In this document: positions 48,360-59,900 of the stretch, one piece after another | Position numbering within the stretch: the first letter of the stretch is position 1 | How the letters are laid out: every line of letters begins with the position of its first letter | Origin: Sulfurospirillum sp. | GTDB taxonomy: Bacteria; Campylobacterota; Campylobacteria; Campylobacterales; Sulfurospirillaceae | Reading direction: 5' to 3' | Length of the DNA stretch: 64,000 nt | Assembly: GCA_045047115.1 (NCBI GenBank) | Contig: JASFYR010000008.1 | Coordinates: 32,001-96,000 of the forward strand | Position numbers and translations under genes: made by a program | Notes under the pieces: generated by a model | What the model was told of the DNA's origin: nothing | The model's database searches: none | Seen by the model: the letters and a program-made list of their open reading frames with translations, nothing else

Positions 48360-48484
48360 TGTTTGATAATATAATGCTAGGCGCATTTGTCCTGTTTATG
48401 ATTTGGATGATGATAGGGTTCTTTCAACAAATGGAAAGACGAAAAAAAGAGAGAGAAGAAAAAGAAAAAGAGAAAGATAAATAA
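48359..48484 (+). CDS. 41-aa single-TM microprotein (not in ORF track)
   Basis: MFDNIMLGAFVLFMIWMMIGFFQQMERRKKEREEKEKEKDK; TAATG overlap with the upstream gene. Confidence 0.7.
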   Translation: MFDNIMLGAFVLFMIWMMIGFFQQMERRKKEREEKEKEKDK

Positions 48485-48539
48485 AAGCACATTTTAGATA
48501 GAATATAATCCTTAAATTTATATAATCGAGGTTTTTTAT

Positions 48540-50582
48540 ATGAGCAAACCACTACTTATTGAGATCGGTGTCGAGGAGCTTCCGGCTATACCCTTTCTTA
48601 AAGAATATCCAAATATCGAGAAAAAATACAGTCAAATTTTACAAAATTATTCACTTCTGTGCGAGTTTGAGTTTTACTACACACCCAGAAGATTAGTTTT
48701 GTGGCATCGTGAGTTTCCACTTCACCAAGCTGATAAGGAGGAGGAGTTTTATGGTGCACCTCTTAGCATAGCATACAAAGACGGAGCTCCAACACCAGCG
48801 GCTTTAGGTTTTGCCAAAAAATGCAAAGTCAGTGTAGATGAGCTACAGACTGCCACAAAAGGCAGCAAAGAGGTATTGTATTATAAAAAAATCACCAGTG
48901 GAGGTGAATCAAAAGAGGCGATAGGTAAAATTGTAGATGAGTTTTTAAAGAGTCTAAGTTTTGGAAAATCTATGAGATGGGGATATAATGAAGAGAGTTT
49001 TATCAGACCTATTCGCTCTATTGCCTGTCTGCTTGGAGATGAGATTGTAGAGTTTGAGAGTTTTGGCGTGAACTCTTCAAACAAGGTATACCCGCATAGA
49101 CACATCTCTTACGAGCCTTTCTCTTTCGATTTTGCCGGTGATTATTTCAAAAAGATAGAAGAGAGCGGAATTACACTTTTTGCAGATGAGAGAGAGAAGA
49201 AGATTTTAGAAGATTTTAGAACTATAGAGGAACAAAATGGTGTAAAGATCGAGATAGACTCTGATTTGCTTGCCGAAGTTGTGGCGATCACAGAGCATCC
49301 CAAAGCCTTGATAGGAAGCTTTGATGAGGAGTTTTTGAGAGTTCCTGCTGAGGTGATTATGACTTCCATGAAAGAGCATCAGAGGTATTTTCCTGTATTT
49401 AAAAAAGGTACTTTGACAAATAATTTTATTGTCGTAAGCAATGCTATAAGTGATGATTATAGTTTAATTGTCAGTGGAAACGAGAAGGTTTTGAGAGCAA
49501 GACTGAGTGATGCTCTGTTTTTCTATGAAAATGATTTGAAAAACGGTTTGGATTTTTCAGGGCTGAAAGATATACTCTTTTTGGATAGTCTAGGCTCTGT
49601 TTTTGACAAAGAGATGCGAGAAAAAAATATAATAGACTATTTGTATAAAAAGTATGAAAATAGACTTTTGGAAGAGAGTAGTGACAAAGACAAACTTTTG
49701 GATTTGCTACATCGTTCTGTGCTCTTTTCAAAAGCTGATTTGCTTAGTGAAGTTGTTTATGAGTTTACAGAGTTGCAAGGCTTGATGGGTTACTACTATG
49801 CAAAAGCAGCTGGTGATGATGAGTTGGTGGCGCTATCTATAAAAGAGCAGTATCTGCCAAACAGTGAAGAGAGCCTCTTGCCTAGCACTCTTTTCAGCTC
49901 TTTGGTAGCACTCTCAAACAAGCTTGACTCTTTGATAGCTCTATTTAGCATAGGTAGAATTCCAACAGGAACAAAAGATCCTTTTGCATTAAGAAGAGCA
50001 GCAAATGGTATCATCAAGATAGTGCTTGAATATGGCTTGAAATTTAATATAGCAGAAGATTTGCATGCTATATCAAGACAGTACAAGAGTTTTGATATTG
50101 GTCTGTTGGAACAGTTTTTCATAGAGAGAATATATCAATTTTTTGATGTAAATCCATCGGTTATAAAGGCTGTGTTAGACAGTGGTGAGAGAGATATAGT
50201 GAAGCTCTCATTGAAGATAGAAGCACTTAGCAAAATAGTAAACAGTGATGGTTTTAAAGAGAGTTTTACCACTTTTAAAAGGATTGCAAATATCATCAAA
50301 AATCTAAATTTTGATGATATAAAGATTGACAAAAAGCTTTTGGAAACCAATGAAGAGAAGAGACTTTATAGAGAGTTTTTAAAGGTAAAAAACGGAATAT
50401 TTAAGACTTATGAAGCAAAACTTGATGCTCTTTTTGCGCTAAAACCTGTTATCGATGACTTTTTTGATAATGTTATGGTGAATGTTAAAAATGAGAAGAT
50501 AAAAACAAACAGACAAAATCTCATAGCTTCTATTTACCAAGAGTTTAAAGCAATTGCAGATATCAAAGAAATCTCTGTTTGA
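48540..50582 (+). CDS. glyS: Glycine--tRNA ligase beta subunit
   Basis: LLIEIGVEELP, TPRRL, KSMRWG, VLRARLSDA, PTGTKDPFALRR. Confidence 0.97.
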   Translation: MSKPLLIEIGVEELPAIPFLKEYPNIEKKYSQILQNYSLLCEFEFYYTPRRLVLWHREFPLHQADKEEEFYGAPLSIAYKDGAPTPAALGFAKKCKVSVDELQTATKGSKEVLYYKKITSGGESKEAIGKIVDEFLKSLSFGKSMRWGYNEESFIRPIRSIACLLGDEIVEFESFGVNSSNKVYPHRHISYEPFSFDFAGDYFKKIEESGITLFADEREKKILEDFRTIEEQNGVKIEIDSDLLAEVVAITEHPKALIGSFDEEFLRVPAEVIMTSMKEHQRYFPVFKKGTLTNNFIVVSNAISDDYSLIVSGNEKVLRARLSDALFFYENDLKNGLDFSGLKDILFLDSLGSVFDKEMREKNIIDYLYKKYENRLLEESSDKDKLLDLLHRSVLFSKADLLSEVVYEFTELQGLMGYYYAKAAGDDELVALSIKEQYLPNSEESLLPSTLFSSLVALSNKLDSLIALFSIGRIPTGTKDPFALRRAANGIIKIVLEYGLKFNIAEDLHAISRQYKSFDIGLLEQFFIERIYQFFDVNPSVIKAVLDSGERDIVKLSLKIEALSKIVNSDGFKESFTTFKRIANIIKNLNFDDIKIDKKLLETNEEKRLYREFLKVKNGIFKTYEAKLDALFALKPVIDDFFDNVMVNVKNEKIKTNRQNLIASIYQEFKAIADIKEISV

Positions 50583-51690
50583 TTTTGCCATTATAGGTGC
50601 AGGTATCAGTGGTGCCAGTTGTGCCTATTTTTTAAAGAAACGGGGCAAAAGAGTAGTTGTTATCGACTCAGATAAGATAGCCAACGGAGGAAGTGGAGCT
50701 GCTGGGGCTTTCTTGTCTCCTAAAATCTGCTCTCCCTCGGCATATACTGCTTTTATAAATGACTCTTTTGAATTTTCCATAAAGTTTTACCAAGATAACT
50801 TTGAGAAGTTTTTGGATATAACCGGAATTTTAAGAGTATTAAAAAGTAAAAGAGATATGGAACAATGTAGGTTTTATGAGGATGTTTTGCCAAAAAAATT
50901 CATATATTTAAAACCACAAGATATAAAATATCTTAAAAAGGATGCTTGCAAATTTGGAGCATATTTTTTTGAAGATGGAGCACTAATAGACAGTGTAGGT
51001 GTTGTAGAAGCTATGCTAGAAGATATAGAAGTGATAGAATCTTTACATGTAGAGTCTCTAAACTATGTAGGCGGACACTATGAGTTCGGCAACATAAAGG
51101 CAAAAGGTGTTGTTTTGTGTGCCGGAAATAGCAAAGATTTTTCTCACTTGGACTTTTTAGGATTGAAAGATATATGTGGACACAGGATAGATGTAAAAAC
51201 TCTTACAAATCTTCCTTTTCATATGCACAAATCCTGCTCTATCAGTGCAAATCGTGATGGAGTGGTACATATAGGGGCTACGCATATACCAAACTATAGA
51301 TACTCTAAAGATGATTGCTATAAAAAAGAGATAAAAGATATGCAGGAAAAGGCAAAATCATATCTCAATTTTGATTGTTTTGAAGTGCAAAAGATACACT
51401 TTGGAGTAAGAAACTCAACAAATGATTTTTATCCTGTCGCTGGCAGGGTGATAGATGCAAAAGAGACTTTGAAAAAATACCCATATATCACAAAAGGCTC
51501 CAAAGTTCCAAAAGAGAGTTATGTCTACTATCCTCATATGTTTGTCCACTGTGGTCTTGGTGCTAGAGGATTTGTGTTGGCTCCGAAAACAGCAGAGATT
51601 TTAGCAAAAAATATATGCGATAATGTGCCAATAGATAAAAAATTGGACACTCAAAGGCTTTTTTTAAAATATGCAAAAAGGAAAGTTTGA
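50554..51690 (+). CDS. FAD-dependent oxidoreductase (MnmC C-terminal-like)
   Basis: IIGAGISG, GGSG, IGATH, GLGARGF..AP..AE; exact start uncertain. Confidence 0.82.
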   Translation: MQISKKSLFDFAIIGAGISGASCAYFLKKRGKRVVVIDSDKIANGGSGAAGAFLSPKICSPSAYTAFINDSFEFSIKFYQDNFEKFLDITGILRVLKSKRDMEQCRFYEDVLPKKFIYLKPQDIKYLKKDACKFGAYFFEDGALIDSVGVVEAMLEDIEVIESLHVESLNYVGGHYEFGNIKAKGVVLCAGNSKDFSHLDFLGLKDICGHRIDVKTLTNLPFHMHKSCSISANRDGVVHIGATHIPNYRYSKDDCYKKEIKDMQEKAKSYLNFDCFEVQKIHFGVRNSTNDFYPVAGRVIDAKETLKKYPYITKGSKVPKESYVYYPHMFVHCGLGARGFVLAPKTAEILAKNICDNVPIDKKLDTQRLFLKYAKRKV

Positions 51691-51747
51691 AACTATTTAG
51701 ATAGATATAGTATAATTATACAAGAAATATAAATAAGGAATTAAAAT

Positions 51748-52548
51748 ATGAGATATTTTATATTGGTTGTTTTAGCGAGCATCGGACTAAATGCGACCAT
51801 CTACTATGCAAAAGTTGAACCTGTACAAAAGTACAGCATCAAGTCAGCTGCAAGTGGAAAAGTTTTGAAATCAAAATACAAGATGGAGGGAAGAATCTCC
51901 AAAGGTGATGCTATTATCCATCTGGATGATGTTTTAAATAAAGAGGATTTAAAAAATTCTACTGAAAAATTAAAAACTATAAGAGATTTGATTTCTATTA
52001 CAAAAAAGAATCTTAAAAACGCCAAGAGAGTAGCTGGCATAAGAGAGAAAAACTACAATAAGATCAAAAATTTGAAGACAAAAGCAAGAGTCGAAAAAGA
52101 TAACGAACTTATAAACAGTATAAATGCACAAAATCAAGTACTAAGCCTTATGAGCAGTCTTGAAAATCTAAAGAGTCAATTAAACGATCAAAAGTATAAA
52201 ATTGCTACACTAAAGGATTTGATAAGCAAAAAGAGCATATCAATCCCAAAAGGATATCTGATATATAAACTCTATCTTCAAAAAGGCGACTTTGCCGGAG
52301 TCGGTACACCTTTGGTAGATGCTTACGATATATCTCATGCAAAACTGACTGTTTATGTCTCAAAAGAGGATTACTATTTGGCAAAAAACGGGATAATTTA
52401 CTTGGATGGCAAGGCGACAAATTATAGAGTAAATAAACTCTGGGATAGTAGCGACACACAAAATATATCATCATATAAGGCGGAGATACTTATATCTGCA
52501 CCAAAAGTTTTTTCAAAACTTGTAAAAGTTGAGTTTAGGAAAAGATAG
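51748..52548 (+). CDS. HlyD/membrane-fusion family periplasmic adaptor
   Basis: Signal peptide, lipoyl half-motifs (SAASGKV..IIHLD; GDFAGVGTPLV) flanking a long coiled coil. Confidence 0.75.
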   Translation: MRYFILVVLASIGLNATIYYAKVEPVQKYSIKSAASGKVLKSKYKMEGRISKGDAIIHLDDVLNKEDLKNSTEKLKTIRDLISITKKNLKNAKRVAGIREKNYNKIKNLKTKARVEKDNELINSINAQNQVLSLMSSLENLKSQLNDQKYKIATLKDLISKKSISIPKGYLIYKLYLQKGDFAGVGTPLVDAYDISHAKLTVYVSKEDYYLAKNGIIYLDGKATNYRVNKLWDSSDTQNISSYKAEILISAPKVFSKLVKVEFRKR

Positions 52549-54293
52549 TGAATTTATCCACTTGTCCCCTTGATTGTTTTGACAGTTGTAGTGTTGTTTT
52601 GGGAGATGACGGTCGGCTAAAAGGCGATAAAAATCATCCCATCACTCAAGGTTTTTTGTGTCACCATTTAAACAATTACCATAAAATCCCAAGAATTTTG
52701 AAGCCACTCTATAGAGGCAGAGAAATTGAGCTTGACGAGGCTTTAAATATACTTGTACAAAAGCTAAAACAGAGTATGCCAGCAAAAACTCTGTACTATA
52801 AAGGCAGTGGAAATCTAGGTGCAATGCAGAGTGTAACAAGGCTTTTCTTTGACAGATATGGTGCAGTTGTCACTAAAGGTGGACTTTGTGAAGAGGCTGG
52901 AATTTATGGTATACAGGAGGGTAGAGGTGCAGCTTTGCCACTCTCTCCAAACATAGTAAAACAAAGTGATGTTGTGATAGTTTGGGGACGAAATACAAGC
53001 ATAACAAACTCTCATATGTTACCCTCTCTAAAAGGTAAAAAACTCATAGTGATAGACCCCCGCAAAACCGATATTGCCAAAAAAGCAGATATACATGTAG
53101 CGATAAAACCAAGAAGTGATCTCTGGCTTGCTATGCTTTTAAGTAGAGCTGCATATATGGAACAGATGGAAGATGTGGATTTTATAGAAAAGAGATGTGA
53201 AAATTTTGACTACTTTTTAGATGAAGTAAATGGAACTCCCATAGTCAAGCTAATGCAAAACAGCGGAGTAGGTCTGGATGTCATAGGTGAGATACTCTCT
53301 ATGATAGATGGTAAGAGAGTTACGATTTTAGTAGGAATTGGTGTGCAAAAATATAGTCACGGAAATAGTGTTTTGAGAGCTATTGACTCTTTTGCTGCAC
53401 TTTTGGGGCTTTTTGACAAAGATGGTTGCGGAGTAGGTTTTATAGATGACAGCTCTTATGGTTTTGGCAAACCCTTTGCATGTAGAGCTAAAAAAAGAGT
53501 TCCAATGCCTACGATAAATTTCAGTGATTATGATATAAGCTTTATACAAGGTGGCAATCCTGTGACTCAACTCCCTTGCACCCCAAAGGTAAAAGAGGGG
53601 CTTGAGAAATCAAAATTTATAGTCTATTTTGGTCTTCATCATAATGAAACTTCAAAAATAGCGGATTTGATTATCCCTGCAAAGACTTTTTTGGAAAAAG
53701 AGGATGTTAAGCTCTCGTATGGACATGAGTATGTAGGTTTTATGCCAAAGCTCAAAGAGAGTAAAATCGGCATAAGTGAGTATGAACTCAGCTCATATCT
53801 TATGGGTGCATTTGATTATGGCAAGCTCAAGAGTGAAAAAGAGTATATAGATGAGATTGTTACTAAAAACAGTGTTGAAAAAGATGGTTTCTTAGCTTCA
53901 AAGTATCTTTTAGACTCTCCATATAGCCAAAAATTTTATACCGATAGCCAAAAATTTGAATTTTTTGATGAGTTTGAGGATGAGTTTGAGGATAAGGGAG
54001 AGTTCTTTTTGCTAGCAGTCAAACAGAATAAATCTTTGAATTCACAGTTTTATACAGATGATTTTTTAAGAGTTCCATCAACCATTGGGCTTAGTGATGG
54101 AGATATGGTCAGGTTGACAAACGGGACATATGAATGTGAGTATGAAATAAGAGTTGACGATACTCTTAGAGATGACTGTATGGCTCTAAATTCCGGCGGA
54201 ATTAGCGCAAATATGCTGACACCTCATCTTATGAGTCAAGAGGGTTATGGAGCAGTATATCAAGAATGCAAAGTGAGTATTGTAAGATGTTAG
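52548..54293 (+). CDS. Molybdopterin-dependent oxidoreductase
   Basis: CPLDCFDSC...C Fe-S motif, WGRN, VIDPR, ETSKIADLIIPAKTFLE. Confidence 0.88.
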   Translation: MNLSTCPLDCFDSCSVVLGDDGRLKGDKNHPITQGFLCHHLNNYHKIPRILKPLYRGREIELDEALNILVQKLKQSMPAKTLYYKGSGNLGAMQSVTRLFFDRYGAVVTKGGLCEEAGIYGIQEGRGAALPLSPNIVKQSDVVIVWGRNTSITNSHMLPSLKGKKLIVIDPRKTDIAKKADIHVAIKPRSDLWLAMLLSRAAYMEQMEDVDFIEKRCENFDYFLDEVNGTPIVKLMQNSGVGLDVIGEILSMIDGKRVTILVGIGVQKYSHGNSVLRAIDSFAALLGLFDKDGCGVGFIDDSSYGFGKPFACRAKKRVPMPTINFSDYDISFIQGGNPVTQLPCTPKVKEGLEKSKFIVYFGLHHNETSKIADLIIPAKTFLEKEDVKLSYGHEYVGFMPKLKESKIGISEYELSSYLMGAFDYGKLKSEKEYIDEIVTKNSVEKDGFLASKYLLDSPYSQKFYTDSQKFEFFDEFEDEFEDKGEFFLLAVKQNKSLNSQFYTDDFLRVPSTIGLSDGDMVRLTNGTYECEYEIRVDDTLRDDCMALNSGGISANMLTPHLMSQEGYGAVYQECKVSIVRC

Positions 54294-54997
54294 ATGCAGA
54301 AGTTTTGCTTGAAGATACACTGCTTTTAGTTGAACAAAATTTCTATTTTCTAAATATGGGTGAATTTTTGGGTATGCTCTGTAAAACAGAGGATTTGACA
54401 GATAGAAGTATGTTTGTAGTAAAAAAGTTTGATGAAGAAAATGCGTACTACTTCAATGCGGATATAACCTATGAGCTTCTAAAAAACGCAAGAGAATACA
54501 AACAAGATGAACTCTCTTTATTTGAGTATTTTGTAGAGTTTAATGCCTTTCGCGGAATCTGCATGGCCATGGTAGAAGCTTTGAGGCTTGAGAGTTCTTT
54601 TAAAAGATATATAGAAGATAGATTTAATGATGAATATGAAAATTTTTATGATATACTCTCTTTTGTGCGAAATGTTCTGTCGCACAACACGCATGCAGAG
54701 ATAAGACTAAATGAAAAAGACTTTGCAGGTACACTAAAACGAATAAGAAGAATGAGAAGAGATGAAAAAGTAAAACTAAATTTCAGATACAGTAATGCTC
54801 TGCCCGAAATATCTCCTCCAAACAGTAAATATGGTGTCAATATAGAGATAGATTTTCTCTCCTTGAAGGTTGGAGATGAGTTTTTGAAGATTGTTACTTT
54901 GTGGGATCTTTTTATGCTAAGCGAGCTATGTTTCAATCTTGTATTATCATTTAGGGCATTGAGCCAGCCAAAAGACCAACTCAATATTTATGATTAG
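54287..54997 (+). CDS. Hypothetical protein with an RxxxxH motif
   Basis: Helical protein with VRNVLSHN; start overlaps the upstream stop. Confidence 0.7.
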   Translation: MLDAEVLLEDTLLLVEQNFYFLNMGEFLGMLCKTEDLTDRSMFVVKKFDEENAYYFNADITYELLKNAREYKQDELSLFEYFVEFNAFRGICMAMVEALRLESSFKRYIEDRFNDEYENFYDILSFVRNVLSHNTHAEIRLNEKDFAGTLKRIRRMRRDEKVKLNFRYSNALPEISPPNSKYGVNIEIDFLSLKVGDEFLKIVTLWDLFMLSELCFNLVLSFRALSQPKDQLNIYD

Positions 54998-55011
54998 GTA
55001 CTTAGTGCGGG

Positions 55012-55515
<504 letters not shown>

Positions 55516-55540
55516 TTCTTTTATAAAAGGAATTTCCTTA

Positions 55541-56839
55541 TTATAGGTTAAAACCTCTTTCGCCATGTATTGCTTCATCAAGTCCTATTGTTTCAGTCTC
55601 TTCGTCAACTCTTCCACCACCGGTCAATGCTGAAGCTATATAGTAAACTATGACAGTTCCTATGAGTGTAAATGCTCCGACTACCAAGATAGACTCTAGC
55701 TGAACTAATACTTGTCCCATTCTGTCTCCCGTGGCTTTTAGAGGTCCGTCCCACAAGAGGTCATTGTCTTTGACTGCAAGGAAACCTGTTGCCAAAGCTC
55801 CCCATAATCCAGCCAAGAAGTGTATACCAAAAGCATCCAGTGAATCATCGTATTTTAATTTTTTCTTCAATACGGAAACTCCAAAAAATGCTATAACAGA
55901 GCCAAATATACCAACTATTAAAGCTCCACTTACATCTACAAATCCAGCAGCAGGAGTGATAGCAACAAGACCGGCTACTACACCTGAAACTGCTCCTAAA
56001 AGTGTAGTTTTTTTATAAACTATGTACTCTATAGCTATCCATGTAAGGGCGGCTGCTGCAGGTGCCAGCGTGGTTGTCAGATATGCAAGTCCGGCTATTG
56101 CATTTGCTCCAAATGCACTTCCGCCGTTGAATCCAAACCATCCAAACCAAAGCAGAGCTCCACCAAGAGCTGTCAGCATGATACTCATAGGCTTCATAGC
56201 TACTTTTGGATAGCCTTTTCTTTTACCAATCAAAACAGCAAGAACCAAGCCTGCCAAACCACCATTCATATGTACAACGGTACCACCTGCAAAATCAAGT
56301 GCTCCGGCATCAAATAAAAATGCGCCATCTCCACCCCAAACCATGTGAGTGATTGGTGCATAGACTACAATAGTCCAAATGGCAACAAATATAATCCAGG
56401 TTGAAAATTTCATCCTCTCTATGACTGAGCCACTTGCTATTGCTACTGTGATCGCTGCAAATGTTCCTTGAAAAACAACAAATACATAAGTAGGATATGT
56501 GCCGCTTAAGTCATTCCACTTTATACCGTTTAAAAACATATTGTCAAATCCGCCTATAACAGCCTGCATAGAGCCGCCATTGCCAAATGCAACAGAATAT
56601 CCGGCAACTATCCACACAACAAATGCAACAGTAAATGCTACAAAAACCATAGCATAAGAGTTGAGTACATTTTTAGCTCTGGTCATACCGCCATAAAAGA
56701 GTGCCAAGCCTGCTGGAGTCATAAGTAAAACCAGTGCAGCTGACATCATCATCCAGGCTGTATCTCCACTGTCTAGCTTATCTCCGGCAAAGCTAATCGT
56801 GGGTAAAAGTAGTAGTGTAGGTAAAAACCATTTTTTCAT
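55541..56839 (-). CDS. amtB: Ammonium transporter
   Basis: GLALFYGG, FQGTFA, DFAGGTVVH, LWFGWFGFNGGS, DDSLDAFGIH. Confidence 0.97.
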   Translation of the reverse strand: MKKWFLPTLLLLPTISFAGDKLDSGDTAWMMMSAALVLLMTPAGLALFYGGMTRAKNVLNSYAMVFVAFTVAFVVWIVAGYSVAFGNGGSMQAVIGGFDNMFLNGIKWNDLSGTYPTYVFVVFQGTFAAITVAIASGSVIERMKFSTWIIFVAIWTIVVYAPITHMVWGGDGAFLFDAGALDFAGGTVVHMNGGLAGLVLAVLIGKRKGYPKVAMKPMSIMLTALGGALLWFGWFGFNGGSAFGANAIAGLAYLTTTLAPAAAALTWIAIEYIVYKKTTLLGAVSGVVAGLVAITPAAGFVDVSGALIVGIFGSVIAFFGVSVLKKKLKYDDSLDAFGIHFLAGLWGALATGFLAVKDNDLLWDGPLKATGDRMGQVLVQLESILVVGAFTLIGTVIVYYIASALTGGGRVDEETETIGLDEAIHGERGFNL

Positions 56840-56874
56840 AATCCATCTCCTTGTTTTTTTGATTGCAACAATTT

Positions 56875-56924
56875 TAGCAAAAAAATAGACATAAAATATT
56901 AATTTAGTGATTAAAAAATAGGCA
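56875..56924. promoter_or_regulatory. Candidate nitrogen-regulator boxes upstream of amtB
   Basis: TGATTA-N5-TAGGCA (56908-24) and a weaker copy 33 bp away (56875-91) abutting the amtB -10 (TAAAAT). Confidence 0.4.
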
Positions 56925-56971
56925 ATATAGAGTACCCGGTAAAATATGCTATAATATAAATAAATTAAGAT

Positions 56972-59900
56972 ATGGAAAACAAATTGAAATTAGAAGATTT
57001 AATCAAACAAAAAGTAATGATACTAGATGGTGCCATGGGTACCCAGATACAAAATGCAGATGTACCTGATATTGTTTGGGACGGATTAGAGGGATGCAAT
57101 GAGATCTTAAACTCTACATATGCAGATTTGATAGGGGGTATCCACAAAGGCTATCTAAAAGCCGGAGCTGATATAATAAAAACAAATACCTTTGGAGCGC
57201 TTCCTTGGGTGCTTGATGATTATGGTATAGCTTCACGGGCATTTGAACTTGCAAAAGATGGTGCAAAAGTGGCAAAAGATGCTTGTACTTCTTTTTCAAG
57301 TGACAAAAAACCTCGTTTTTGTGCTGGTTCACTAGGGCCAGGAACAAAACTTCCCTCACTGGGTCATATTACTTATGATGAGATGTTTGAGGGTTACAAG
57401 ATGGCTGCTTTGGGGCTGATAGAAGGAGGAGTTGATCTCTTTTTGCTGGAGACTGCCCAAGATCCACTCCAGATAAAAGCCGCACTTCATGCCATAGAAG
57501 ATGCCCAGTTGAGTGATGCTGTAAAGCTTCCTGTTATGGTTTCGGTGACGATTGAGCTTAGTGGGACTATGCTCATAGGAACAGACGCTATGACGATAGC
57601 TACTATACTGAAACCGTTTGATGTGCTTAGTCTTGGTTTCAACTGTGGTACAGGACCCCAGCAGGTCAAAAAACATGTAAAAACTCTAAGTGAGATATGG
57701 GATAAACCTATCAGCGTACATGCAAATGCCGGACTTCCTCAAAACAGAGGCGGACACTCGTTTTATCCGATGGGACCACGAGAATTTGCTGACTTTCAAG
57801 AGGGCTTTTTGGAATTTGACGGAGTCTGTCTGCTTGGTGGTTGTTGTGGTACTACTCCACAACATATATATGAGCTCTCCAAAAGAGTGGAAGGCAAGAT
57901 ACCGCTTTCCCCAAAAGGAGAACAACCTACCTCTTTGGCATCACTATTTGAGACTAGAACTATCAAACAAGATCCCGCACCGTTTTTGATAGGAGAGAGA
58001 AGCAATGCCACAGGCTCAAAAGCTTTTAGAGAGTTGCTTTTAGCGGAGGATTACGAGGGAACTCTATCGGTTGCCCAACAGCAGGTTAGAAGTGGTGCAC
58101 ACGGGATAGATGTGAGTGTAGGCTTTGCCGGCAGAGATGAGAGCAGAGATATGAGAGAGGTTGTGAGTCGTTACAACAGCAAAATCTCACTCCCTCTTAT
58201 GCCTGATACTACACAGATCCATGCCCTTGAAGTTGCACTAAAGCATATAGGTGGGAAACCCATCATAAACTCTGTAAATTTAGAAGATGGTATAGAGAAG
58301 TTTGATAGAGTTTGTTCTTTGGCTAAGAGATTTGGCTGTGCACTTGTTTGTTTGACGATAGATGAAAAAGGAATGGCTAAAACAAAAGAACAAAAGATAG
58401 AAATTGCACAGAGAATTTATGAATTAGCTACCAAAAAACATAGGATTGATTCAAGAGATTTGGTTTTTGATTTGCTCACTTTTACTGTTGGGAGCGGGGA
58501 TGAGGAGTATTTTACAGCTGCCATTGATGTCATAGAGGCTATAAGAGAGTTTCACAAGATGCACCCGGAAGTCGGTTTTGTGTTAGGGATTTCAAACATC
58601 TCTTTTGGTTTGGCAAAGCATGCCAGGGAGTATCTGAACTCAGTATTTTTACACCATTGTGTAAAAGCAGGTCTTAGTATGGCGATAGTAAATGTTAAAA
58701 ATACGATACCGATGCACAAGATAAATGATGAGCAGAGAAAAGTATGTGAAGATCTACTCTTTAACAACCGAAGCGAGGGAGATCCGCTTTTTAAGTTTAT
58801 AGACTATTTTGAAGATGTAAAAGAGACAAACCAAGAAGATGAAGATAAAGCTTTTAATGCCTTAAATACGCAAGAAAAATTAAAAAAATTACTTATAGAT
58901 GGCGACAAAGAGAGAATGATGCCTCTTTTAGTGGATGCCAAAGATGAGATAGCCCCAGAAGTGATAGTAAATAAAATTTTAATAGATGCTATGAAAGTAG
59001 TAGGCGAGCTATTTGGAAGCGGCCAGATGCAGCTACCTTTTGTACTTCAAAGTGCAGAGGTAATGAAAGCAAGTGTGGACTACCTAAATCCATATCTTCC
59101 AAAGATAGACAAAGAGAGTGAAACTACGCTCATACTGGGAACCGTCAAAGGCGATGTTCATGATGTAGGCAAAAACTTAGTTGATATTATTCTTTCAAAC
59201 AATGGTTTTAAAGTGATAAACATAGGTATAAAAGCCGATATAGATGAGCTTATAAAAGCTTATGATGAGCATAAAGCCACTGCTATTGGTATGAGCGGAT
59301 TGTTGGTAAAATCAACAAATGTTATGAAAGAAAATCTTGAAAAACTACAATCTATGGGGCTGAAAGTTCCTATTTTGCTTGGTGGTGCGGCTTTGACGGA
59401 TAACTTTATAGAGGATTATTGTCGTCCTATATATGATGGACCTATATTTTATTGCAAAGATGCCTTTGAAGGTATAGAGGCGATGAGCAGGATAGAAAAA
59501 GGTGATTTTAATACTGACTTTGGAAGAAAAAAGATAGTTGAGGGGATAAAAAAAGAGCAAAAAGAGCTGTCTCCTATGCCTGAGTTTAAAGATATAAAAA
59601 TGCCCAGTCGTGATATAGCGATACCGACTCCACCTTTTTGGGGCAGAAGAGTCATAAAAGAGGGAATAAGCGATATAGCATATGAATGGATAAACCACAA
59701 GATGCTCTTCTCTCGTGCTTGGGGATACAGTGGCAAAGGGATGAGCAAAGAGGAGAAACAGAAGCAAAGAGATGATACTCTATGGCCATTATATGAGAAG
59801 ATAAAGTCTGAAATAGAGAAAAAAGGTCTTTTTGATCCGACTGTCATCTACGGATACTATCCTTGCAGGAGCGAGGCAAACAAGCTTTTTGTGCTAGATG

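Noticed and set aside
56840..56971. Cobalamin or SAM riboswitch before metH
   Set aside because: The -10 (TGCTATAAT) lies only about 20 nt from the ATG and no riboswitch core motifs are present
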